64,000 bases of DNA, taken from positions 1,184,001-1,248,000 of the forward strand of contig CAVVPN010000011.1 of assembly GCA_963750165.1 (NCBI GenBank). Direction: 5' to 3'. The notes below the pieces were generated by a model, which saw nothing but the letters and a program-made list of their open reading frames with translations, made no database searches and had not been told where the DNA came from. The translations under genes and the position numbers were made by a program. Numbering within the stretch: the first letter of the stretch is position 1; each line of letters starts with the position of its first letter. Source of the DNA: an uncultured Gemmataceae bacterium. GTDB taxonomy: Bacteria > Planctomycetota > Planctomycetia > Gemmatales > Gemmataceae. This document shows positions 7,461 through 15,544 of the stretch, piece after piece.

Positions 7461-10120
7461 AAGGTGTCCCGCACGGCCGGGGCGGCAGGCACATTGTACT
7501 CGGCCTCCCGCGCCGCGCCCACGAACGCCGCCTCCACCTCGAAGCCGTCCGACCGTTTCCGGCCGCAGGCCAGCCGGGCCAGCACGGCGAGGTCGCCCAG
7601 CGGCGGCGTCGGCAGCAACTGCACGTACGCCAGTCCCACGGGCAGTTCCGCGGGCGCCAGCAGACTGATGCCGGCCTGGGACAGGTCGATGGCCTGGGCC
7701 TCGATTGGCGTGCCGAACCCCAGATCGGGCAGCACCGGGACCAGGTGGACCGGCTGCGCGAACGGCCAGCGCTGCAACAGCCGCGGACGCACCTCGACCT
7801 GCAAGTAGGTGCGCAGGCTGTGCAGCACCGCAGGCCCAACCTCGGCCACGAGCCGCGGCGTGTCAGTGTTGGGGTTCCACTGCGCCACGCGCAGGTTGGC
7901 CCGGAACAGCTGACCGTCACACGGGTCGGGCTGCAACCGCACGCTCACCTCCAGGCCCCACGGCGGCTTGCCGACCCACTGCTGCCACAGCGTCTGCGGG
8001 GCGGCGATGCGGCAGACGAACGTGGTCGGATCCTGGGTCACCAGTTCGCCCCGCCACTGCACGCGGAAGCCGTTCACCCGCAGCTTCAGCGCCCCCGAAA
8101 ACGCCCGCACCAGGCAGCGGTGCTCCAGCACGTTGCCTCGGCACACCAGGTAGCGGAAATTCTGGCACTCCTCCAGCCGTCGCGCCCCGGCGGCGGCGAT
8201 CAGCACCTGGTCCACCAACTCGGACACGGCCGGCAGCGGGCCGGCGCCCGGCGGGTCGTCCGCGGTGCCGCAGCGGGCCACCACCGGCAACTCCGAGAAC
8301 TTCTCCTGCCGGTTTTCGTCCCGGGCCTCGATGGCGTCCTCGATGGCGTCTTCCAGAGCACGCACGAAGTCGCCGCAGCGAGCGAAGCGCCGGGCCGGGT
8401 CGGCGTCCAGGGCGCGGGCGACGATGGCGCGGTCCAGCGCGGTCAGCGCGTCCAGATCCGGGGCTCCGGGGCGGCCGTCGCGGCGGCTGCCGCGGCTGTG
8501 TAGCGGGTGGACCCCGGTGACCAGTTCGGCGAAGATCAGCGCCAGGCTGTACTGGTCGGCGGCAGCGCCGACGCCGGGCCGGTGCAACTCCGGGGCGGCG
8601 TAGCGCGGGTTGAGTGGCCCGACCGGCTGGCCCATCGGCGCCCACGCCAGGTGCAGTAGACCGAAGTCCGCCACGCGCACCCGCTGAGCGGCCAGCACCA
8701 GGTTGTGCGGCCGTAGTCCCAGGTGGTACAGTTGCCGCGCCGCGAAGTGGTCGAGCACCTCCGCGGCCGGCCGCAGGTAGTTCAGCAGCTCCGCCCGCGG
8801 GATGCCCGGCAGGCCCTGGCTGAAGCACTCCTGGAAGCGTGTGCGCAGCGTCCGGTGGCACAGTTCGCTGAGGACGGCCACGCGGCTGCCGCCGCAGATC
8901 ACCACCTCCAACGGCACCAGGTTGGGGTGACGCAACCCCTGCAACCGCGACGCCAGGCCGGCATGGGAGCCGGCCGCAGCACAGAGGTGCTGGGCCAGCC
9001 GCTCGGCGCCCACGTTGTCGCGGACCTTCCAGACTTCGGCCAGGGGCGTGCTCTGCAGTAGCTGGACGACACGGTAGCCCGGGATCGGCTCGGCCGGGTC
9101 GTCCAGCACGGTCTCGGAGAGTGTGTCGGTGCTCGGCTTGGGCGTCGCCTTCAGGTCGTCGCTCTGGGGCGCCTGGGCGCTCAGGCTCCGTAGCAGCGGC
9201 GCCATCAGCAGCGTGCACAGCTGCCCCGCGGCGCCGCCGCCGGACGACAGAGTCGCCCCGCCCAGCAGGGCGCTGACGAACTCCAGGCACGATCGGAAGC
9301 GGCGCTCCGGGTCCTTCTCCAGCGCCCGGCCCACGGCGGCGCGGTCGCCCGGCGGCAGCGGCTCCAGGTTCGGACTGGCTTGCAGGTGGCCCATCATCAG
9401 CTGCCGGGCGTTACGGCCCTCAATCGGCAGCATGCCCGTCAGCAGTTCCATGTAGACGATGGCCAGGCTGTACTGATCGCTGTGGCGGCTGAAGGTGCCG
9501 CGGTAGACTTCGGGGGCGGCGTATTGCGGCGTGACACCGGCCTGCAGCTGGGCCGTGCCGCCGCAGATTTCGCCCAGGCTGTGGACCAGACCGAAGTCGG
9601 CGACCTTGACGTGATTGCTGACGACGAAGAGGTTGCGCGGCTTGACATCGAGGTGCTGCAACTGGTGCTGGAAATTCAGGTAGTCGAGGGCCTCGGCCGC
9701 CTCCAGCAGGAAGGCGAGCAGGGCCTCGCGCGGGATGCCGGGCAGTCCCTGATCGCGGCACTCGTGGGCCACGTCGTCGAGGTTGCGGTCGGCCAGCTCC
9801 ATGACGATCATCAACTCGCCGCCGATGACCTCGACCCGTTCCAGTGACAGGATGAACGGGTGGCGCACGGCCTTGAGCCGCTGCTGGGCGTGCAGTTCCT
9901 GGCGGGCGGCGTTATCGCCGTCGAGCTGGTTCAGGTTGCCGCCGACGAACTTGATGGCCTTGCACAGCCCGCCGGGCACCTCGCACTTCCAGACTTCGCC
10001 GAAACCGCCGGCGCCGAGCGGCTCCAGCAGGCGATAGCCGGGCAGCGGTTCCTGCCCCGCGGCGTGTACCGCGGACCCGGTGGGAACGGGGGCGGCCAGC
10101 GGGTTGGGCAACATGATCAC
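7457..10120 (-). CDS. Ser/Thr kinase + pseudokinase + C-terminal PilZ-like domain
   Basis: Domain 1: GAGGFGEV, AIK, HLDVKPRN, DFG, YAAPE. Domain 2 is degenerate (HLGLRPHN, no Gly loop). C-terminus has RLLQR and DLSQAG. Confidence 0.85.
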   Translation of the reverse strand: MIMLPNPLAAPVPTGSAVHAAGQEPLPGYRLLEPLGAGGFGEVWKCEVPGGLCKAIKFVGGNLNQLDGDNAARQELHAQQRLKAVRHPFILSLERVEVIGGELMIVMELADRNLDDVAHECRDQGLPGIPREALLAFLLEAAEALDYLNFQHQLQHLDVKPRNLFVVSNHVKVADFGLVHSLGEICGGTAQLQAGVTPQYAAPEVYRGTFSRHSDQYSLAIVYMELLTGMLPIEGRNARQLMMGHLQASPNLEPLPPGDRAAVGRALEKDPERRFRSCLEFVSALLGGATLSSGGGAAGQLCTLLMAPLLRSLSAQAPQSDDLKATPKPSTDTLSETVLDDPAEPIPGYRVVQLLQSTPLAEVWKVRDNVGAERLAQHLCAAAGSHAGLASRLQGLRHPNLVPLEVVICGGSRVAVLSELCHRTLRTRFQECFSQGLPGIPRAELLNYLRPAAEVLDHFAARQLYHLGLRPHNLVLAAQRVRVADFGLLHLAWAPMGQPVGPLNPRYAAPELHRPGVGAAADQYSLALIFAELVTGVHPLHSRGSRRDGRPGAPDLDALTALDRAIVARALDADPARRFARCGDFVRALEDAIEDAIEARDENRQEKFSELPVVARCGTADDPPGAGPLPAVSELVDQVLIAAAGARRLEECQNFRYLVCRGNVLEHRCLVRAFSGALKLRVNGFRVQWRGELVTQDPTTFVCRIAAPQTLWQQWVGKPPWGLEVSVRLQPDPCDGQLFRANLRVAQWNPNTDTPRLVAEVGPAVLHSLRTYLQVEVRPRLLQRWPFAQPVHLVPVLPDLGFGTPIEAQAIDLSQAGISLLAPAELPVGLAYVQLLPTPPLGDLAVLARLACGRKRSDGFEVEAAFVGAAREAEYNVPAAPAVRDTL

Positions 10121-10298
10121 TTACAGGTTCCTCCCGCGGAAACCGATGCCGCGGCGTGCTTCCCAGGGCCGACGGTGGCTAACCGGGCAGTTCCGATACG
10201 GAAACTCCCTCACACAAGGGTAGCTCATGATTGCCGCCAGTGTGACACGATTGCTAATAAAATTATTGCCCGGGACAGAACGGGGCGGAAATGCGGAA

Positions 10299-10338
10299 AC
10301 ACCCCGGGCTCGCCGCGATCGCGGCGAGCCCGGGGTGT
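10299..10338. terminator. Perfect 40-bp palindrome after the upstream kinase gene; probable terminator or RNA hairpin
   Basis: ACACCCCGGGCTCGCCGCGA|TCGCGGCGAGCCCGGGGTGT about 25 nt downstream of the stop at 10364. Confidence 0.6.
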
Positions 10339-10363
10339 GGGTCGGGGCGACAGTCGGCTCCGA

Positions 10364-11761
10364 TCAGTTGCCCATCAGGAACTTGGTGAGCACCATCGCA
10401 CCGACGCAGACGGCGACCGTCAGGAGGATGAGCCCGACCACGCCCAGGCGTTCGTCCCAGCGCTTGCGCGGCGCCTCGTCTTCGAGTTCCTCGGCGTGCG
10501 CCACCGGCGCCTCGACGAGGGTCGTGGGGCGGACGCTCTGGCGACTCGGCAGCGGCAGGTTGGTCTGCGGCCGTGGCGTTGGCACCGACGGGCCGGCGGT
10601 GCGGGCCGGCGGCTCGAAGTGCACGGCGGCGGGACGGGGCTTCTCGGCGGCGGCCGGCAGGGCAGGCCGGGCCACGGGCGGGGCGCCGGCGCCGGGCAGC
10701 GGTCGCGGCGCCGGCCGCTGGACCGCCGGGCTGGTCGCGAACGGCTTCAGCGCCTCGATGGCCTCGGCGGCGCTGGCGAAGCGGTTCTCGGGCGCCTTCT
10801 GCATCAGCCGTTCGATCACCTGGACCAGTTCGGCCGGCACGTCCGGGCTCAGCTGCTGGACGGGGGTCGGCTCCTGGAACTGGTGGGCCATCATCTTCTC
10901 GGCGGCGGTGCCGTTCGGGAACGGCGCCTGACCGGTCAGGCATTGATACAGGACGCAGCCGAGGCTGTACTGGTCGCCGGCCGGCGTCAGGTTGGTCGGG
11001 TCCATGATGCTCTCGGGGCTGGCGCAGTCCAGGCCGCTGGCCACCGAGTTGGCCGTGGACATCGTGTCCACCAGCGACTCGCCCTCGGTCTCGGCCAGCA
11101 GACAGCCGATGCCGAAGTCCAGGATGTGGACCTGGCCACCCTCGCCGAGCATCAGGTTGGACGGCTTGAGCAGGCCGTGGAACAGCCCCTGCTGATGGCA
11201 GATGTCGAGGCCCTCGGCGACCTGCAGGCCGATGCGGGCGGTCTCGCCGGCGCTGAGCTTCGTCTGCGCGACGATGGCCTTGTCGAGCGGTTCGCCCTGG
11301 ACGAAGGGCCAGGCCAGGTAGTGCATACCGCCGGCGGTGCCGACATCGACGAACGGCACGACGGTGGGATGGCGGCACTGCTCGAAGGCGCGGACCTTGC
11401 GGCGGGCAATGCGGACGTTCCACATGCTGCGCCGCGGTAGGACCTTGACGGCGTACCACTGATTATCGGTCTTGGACTGAGCCTTGTAGACGGTGCCCAT
11501 GCTGCCGGCGCCCAGCGCGTCCATGAGGGTGAACGGCCCCAGGACAAAGCCCTGGGTCTTGCCCTGCAGCAGGCGGTCGGCCTGGAACTGGCTGAGGATG
11601 CCCTGGGCAACGAGGAAGTCAGCGAGCGCCTGCGGCTCGGCGCGGGGGTTGGTCTGGAGGAACTCGCCGATGATCTGGTCGAGCTGGCCGCGGTCGATGA
11701 GATTACTGCGGCGGAGGTCCCAGACGAACCATTCGCAGGCGCCAAGTTCAGTGGTTACCAT
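10364..11761 (-). CDS. Ser/Thr kinase-like protein (probable pseudokinase) with Pro-rich linker and C-terminal TM helix
   Basis: GAGSMGTV, AVK and DFG present but catalytic loop reads HGLLKPSN; C-terminal LGVVGLILLTVAVCVGAMVL; start taken at MVTTELG. Confidence 0.85.
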   Translation of the reverse strand: MVTTELGACEWFVWDLRRSNLIDRGQLDQIIGEFLQTNPRAEPQALADFLVAQGILSQFQADRLLQGKTQGFVLGPFTLMDALGAGSMGTVYKAQSKTDNQWYAVKVLPRRSMWNVRIARRKVRAFEQCRHPTVVPFVDVGTAGGMHYLAWPFVQGEPLDKAIVAQTKLSAGETARIGLQVAEGLDICHQQGLFHGLLKPSNLMLGEGGQVHILDFGIGCLLAETEGESLVDTMSTANSVASGLDCASPESIMDPTNLTPAGDQYSLGCVLYQCLTGQAPFPNGTAAEKMMAHQFQEPTPVQQLSPDVPAELVQVIERLMQKAPENRFASAAEAIEALKPFATSPAVQRPAPRPLPGAGAPPVARPALPAAAEKPRPAAVHFEPPARTAGPSVPTPRPQTNLPLPSRQSVRPTTLVEAPVAHAEELEDEAPRKRWDERLGVVGLILLTVAVCVGAMVLTKFLMGN

Positions 11762-11975
11762 GACGACGGCATCCTTTGTGTAAGGGGAGTCAGGGGGATG
11801 GCGCTGCTGACCATCCGAGGGGCCGGCCAGTCGCGTCCCACTGGGGGCGCTGCCGGGAATCGGGGAACCGTCCAACGGCGTCCGGCCGCACAACGTCCTT
11901 AGCGCTAACATGGGATACAAACTGAAGGGAGTCAAATTTACCGGCGGGGTGGGAGACGCTGAAACCACGGCGATT

Positions 11976-12024
11976 TTTCGCGGCCGGGTGTAGCGGTTTT
12001 TAACCGCTACACCCGGCCGCGAAA
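11976..12024. terminator. 23-bp stem hairpin downstream of the Cys-rich gene
   Basis: TTTCGCGGCCGGGTGTAGCGGTT-ttt-AACCGCTACACCCGGCCGCGAAA. Confidence 0.6.
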
Positions 12025-12090
12025 CGCGCTAGCAGCTTGACCAGGGCTTTGAGCCTGGCATCGCCGGCTGGGTTCCAGGGGCCACTCTTT

Positions 12091-12585
12091 TCAGGATGCC
12101 GAGCAGGCCGCGGCCGTCCTCTCGGAGTAACCGCAGCACACGGGCGTGTTGTTCATCAGCAGGCAGCAGGTGCAGCCGTTCTGCAGCAGGCAGCTCAGGC
12201 TGTCGCAGCAGGCCTGGAGCATGGCGCAGCAGGCGGGGTCGCCACTGGTGCAGGTCATGCGGACGCCCTTGTTGGTCTTCTCGCAGCGGCACTGTCCCAT
12301 CGTGAAGTTGTACTGGCAGACGGTCATACCGTTGTACATCACGCAGCAACTGCACATGCCGCCGGTCAGCATCGTACACAGGTTCTGCAGCATGCTGCAG
12401 CCCAACTGGTCATCGCAGTTGCAGGCGACCTGGAAACCGTTGGTGCAGCGCTCGACCTTGAAGGTGCAGCGTGGCACCATCATCCAGTTGCCTGCGGACG
12501 GCACGCCAGCGGGCGACCCCAGCGCGGGGGTGCCGTAGCCCGGCAGGGTGCTGCTGGTCCGTTCCATCATCATCGCACTCGTCAT
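12091..12585 (-). CDS. Cys/Met-rich hypothetical protein (164 aa, 24 Cys) with internal two-fold repeat
   Basis: GAAAGGAG RBS before ATG at 12585; strongly biased codon usage; repeated C..E...G...C...D...C.MLQ..C..L....C.CC...N...VC pattern. Confidence 0.8.
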   Translation of the reverse strand: MTSAMMMERTSSTLPGYGTPALGSPAGVPSAGNWMMVPRCTFKVERCTNGFQVACNCDDQLGCSMLQNLCTMLTGGMCSCCVMYNGMTVCQYNFTMGQCRCEKTNKGVRMTCTSGDPACCAMLQACCDSLSCLLQNGCTCCLLMNNTPVCCGYSERTAAACSAS

Positions 12586-12915
12586 CGTAGAACTCCTTTC
12601 CCGGGTCGGCGTCATGGCCGACCGCCCTGAAGCAGTGCTCTCCGGAAGCCCGTCCATCGGGCCTTCCACGGTTGGGAAGATTATAAACCGCCGCAGCTGC
12701 CGCTGGCAACGATATTTGCAGTCTTTTCTTGCCGGTGCGGCGGCCGTCACCCTGTTCCGAGATTGTCGGCGGTAGCGGTTGGACCGTGCGGCGGGCGGTA
12801 ACATGGCGGGTTTGGGGCCGGCTTTTGCTGGCAACAGGCCCATTTGTGACCGATAAATTTGGAAAGGCTCTGGCCGCCCGGGGCGCAACCAGGGTTCGTC
12901 TTACGAGGACTGGCC

Positions 12916-13143
12916 ATGTTTCACAATCGCTTGACCACAGAGCCCACAATTCGCATCCCGCCAGCGCCGCCGGCGCCGGTCACGCCCGCGGGGTTTCTGG
13001 CGTGCCCGGCCGCACTGCTGCCGGTGGGGTGCCCGGCTCAGTGGCTGTGCCAGCAGTGGTTGTACCAGCGCGCCCTGGAACTGGCCCAGGCGGTGCTGCG
13101 GCCGTCGCTGCTGGAACGCGACCTGCTTGGCGTGTGGAATTGA
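12916..13143 (+). CDS. Small hypothetical protein (75 aa)
   Basis: GAGG RBS and ATG at 12916; Pro-rich N-terminus, 3 Cys, tail QWLYQRALELAQAVLRPSLLERDLLGVWN; codon usage looks coding. Confidence 0.65.
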   Translation: MFHNRLTTEPTIRIPPAPPAPVTPAGFLACPAALLPVGCPAQWLCQQWLYQRALELAQAVLRPSLLERDLLGVWN

Positions 13144-13192
13144 CTTTCCGATCGTCGCCAGCAACTGTGGAGGCGCCCCTCCACGGTTGTGC

Positions 13193-14074
13193 TTATTCCC
13201 CGACCAGCAACCGTCGCACCGCTGCGCAGACGCCCTGCGTCACTCGGGCCAGGAAAGCAAAGTCGAGTGTGTCCGCGGTGTCGCTGGCGCGGTGATAGTG
13301 CGGGTTGCGATAGAACGACGTATCCGTAATCATGAGCGCCGGATAGCCACGGTCCCAGAAGGAGCTGTGGTCGCTCAGCCGCGACTCGGGGAGCGCGTCA
13401 CCGTTACCCGGCACGGCGATGTGCTCGACCGGCAGGCCCGGCACGGTTCGCAGCGCCCCGGCCACCACGCCCAGCAGGTTTGCTGAGCGCTCATTGCCGA
13501 CGACGCCGATGAAGTTGCCCACGTCCGGATACAGGCCGCGCAGGTGGGCCGGCAACTGCTGGCTGCCGGGCCGGCTGTCGGCGTAGCCCAGCATCTCCAG
13601 CGAAATCATGCCGCGCACAGGATCGCCGCGTTTCTGCAATTCCTGACTGTGTTCGGCGCTGCCGAGCAGGCCCGACTCCTCCAAATCATAGGCGACGAGT
13701 TGCAAGCGGGCGCGGCACTGATCGGCGGTGGGCCGGTTGGCGTCAAACCAGCGGGCCAGTTCGAGCAGGGCGGCGACGGCGCTGGCGTTGTCGTCGGCGC
13801 CGGGCGAATTGGGGATGGAATCGTAGTGGGCGCCGACGATGAGCAGCGGCAGACTGGGGTTGTGCGGCCAGGGCTCGGCGACGAGGTTCTTGCAGGAGTC
13901 GCTGCCGTGGGCGGTGGTGCGGAGAGTGAAGCCGTGGCGGCCGAATTGGTTGCCGATGTAAGTGGCGGTGGCGTGATGAGCGGTGCTGCCGGCGGGGCGC
14001 GGCGTGGTGGCCAGGGTTTCGACGTGGCGGCGCAGGCGCTGCTGGAGGTCGGCGAAGTCACTGAGGTCGGTCAT
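13193..14074 (-). CDS. M28 family metallopeptidase
   Basis: GAHYDS, PGADDNASA, LEESGL, SLEMLG, SDHSSF, YH metal-ligand motifs. Confidence 0.92.
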   Translation of the reverse strand: MTDLSDFADLQQRLRRHVETLATTPRPAGSTAHHATATYIGNQFGRHGFTLRTTAHGSDSCKNLVAEPWPHNPSLPLLIVGAHYDSIPNSPGADDNASAVAALLELARWFDANRPTADQCRARLQLVAYDLEESGLLGSAEHSQELQKRGDPVRGMISLEMLGYADSRPGSQQLPAHLRGLYPDVGNFIGVVGNERSANLLGVVAGALRTVPGLPVEHIAVPGNGDALPESRLSDHSSFWDRGYPALMITDTSFYRNPHYHRASDTADTLDFAFLARVTQGVCAAVRRLLVGE

Positions 14075-14088
14075 GGTGCGTCCGGGGT

Positions 14089-14366
14089 TCAATGGCGGAG
14101 AAGGTATCCGAGAATGGCTCCGAGCAGGGGGCCGCAAAAATCGGGGCGACCAGGGACCAGTACCACCGCCGGGTGTCTTCCCGCCGCGTTCGGAATTCGT
14201 CCAGGGAATTCACTTTCATGCGCAGGTCGGTCACCTGGTCCTCCAGGCGCTGGACCCGACTTGTGAGGTCGTCAAATGCTCTTCTGTCCGCCTCAACCCG
14301 ACCGGTAAGTCGATTAACCTGGTCGGTCAAATCTCGGAGGAGTTCGCCCTGCGTTTTACGAGGCAT
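14089..14366 (-). CDS. Small coiled-coil protein with C-terminal TM helix (one frameshift in the G run near 14130)
   Basis: MPRKTQGELLRDLTDQVNRL...VQRLEDQVTDL heptads; removing one base yields ...WYWSLVAPIFAALLGAILGYLLRH-stop. Confidence 0.5.
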
Positions 14367-14416
14367 GGCCGGCGACGTCCTTTTCCTCTTCGAGCAGTAC
14401 CTCGGCAAGCAATTGG

Positions 14417-14576
14417 TTAATCCGCCTTCATCAGTTTTGCGATGCAGGCTTTCAGGCCGCACTCCACGGCGTATCCGGTCGAGGTAGTAGGCACCCGACC
14501 AGCGCTTGAGCGAGAGCAAGGCTTTGGCGTCCGCGATGCGTTCGGCGGCCAGCCTTTGCAGATCAGCACGGTTCAC
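14417..14576 (-). pseudogene. Truncated HEPN-domain protein
   Basis: (V)NRADLQRLAAERIADAKALLSLKRWSGAYYL / GYAVECGLKACIAKLMKAD-stop: HEPN N-terminal motif, frameshifted and cut before the catalytic RxxxxH/Y; TATAAT at 14600-14605. Confidence 0.7.
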
Positions 14577-14781
14577 GTCCACCCCCTTTGCCTTCGGCCA
14601 TTATAGAGTGCTTGCCGCCGCCAAGGCACCCGCTGCGGGAGGAACCGGACAGGATGAGAGAGCCGGAGCCGGCGGTGGGGGTAGCCGAGGTGTGGCCATC
14701 CCCGAGCCGGGGAAGAGGGCAGGGGAAGGGCAATGATCGCTCGCGAAGACAAACTGCCCAAATGTCGGGCGAGCGGCAATT

Positions 14782-14973
14782 TTAGGACATCTCGGGGATG
14801 CCGCACTTGCGGCAGATGTCGGTGACCGTGAGGCCCTTGGCCAGGTCACGATCTGCTTCACGCAACAGACGCTGAAGCTGCTCGGGAGTCCGGCGCTTGC
14901 TCATAGGTCCCTCCTTGGACTGGCTTGGCGTGGACTACCATATCAGCGGGACCAACTTTTGGAGAGCAGACCA
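14782..14973 (-). mobile_element. IS3-family remnant (left IR + truncated OrfA)
   Basis: Minus strand starts TGGTCTGCTCTCCAAAAGTTGGTCC (IS3-like IRL), then RBS and MSKRRTPEQLQRLLREADRDLAKGLTVTDICRKCGIPEMS-stop (14904-14782). Confidence 0.75.
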
Positions 14974-15544
14974 AGGGAGGTGATAGGCCAGAATCTGCCC
15001 GACGAATCGGATTCCGACCCAGCGCCGCCATTCGCAGAATCTTCTCGCGGAATTAACCGAAACAGGATTGAACTTGCCGGCTGTTTCGGCATAATTATCA
15101 CTATTCATCTAGCGGGAATTGTGCGCGCGCCACCAAACCTAAATGTGCGGGTTCGGGGGTATGTGCTTGCGCCTTGCCTCGGAGAAAAGTGAAAAATAAA
15201 TGAAATAATACCGCGTGGAATGATTTTTGTCCGTAATCTCAGCCGATTTCGTTTGTTATTTGTAGGGATTGTTTGGAATTCTTGCCATTTCTCCCGGGGT
15301 ATCTTGTGCTCGTGATCGGTTACCCACCGAGTTGGTCCCGCAACGGCATCTTGTTATCGTTGCGCGGGTTCCGCCTGCGCACCCCCCCGCGTGAGTCGCT
15401 TTCCCAATGTGACTAGCCGCTAATTGATTTCTCCTGGCGCTCGGTCGTACCGAGTGACAGGGCCTTATTGACCCTCCCTGATGGCGAGCTGGGTTCGCTG
15501 AACCCAATAACACCGTCGCTTGACTTCCTTTGGAGACGCTGCAC

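Noticed and set aside
12702..12720. TGGCAACGATATTTGCA as a sigma54 promoter
   Set aside because: GG to GC spacing is 11 nt rather than the required 10
14058..14582. Single 174-aa ORF
   Set aside because: Chimeric read-through of the HEPN stub and the small coiled-coil gene produced by frameshifts
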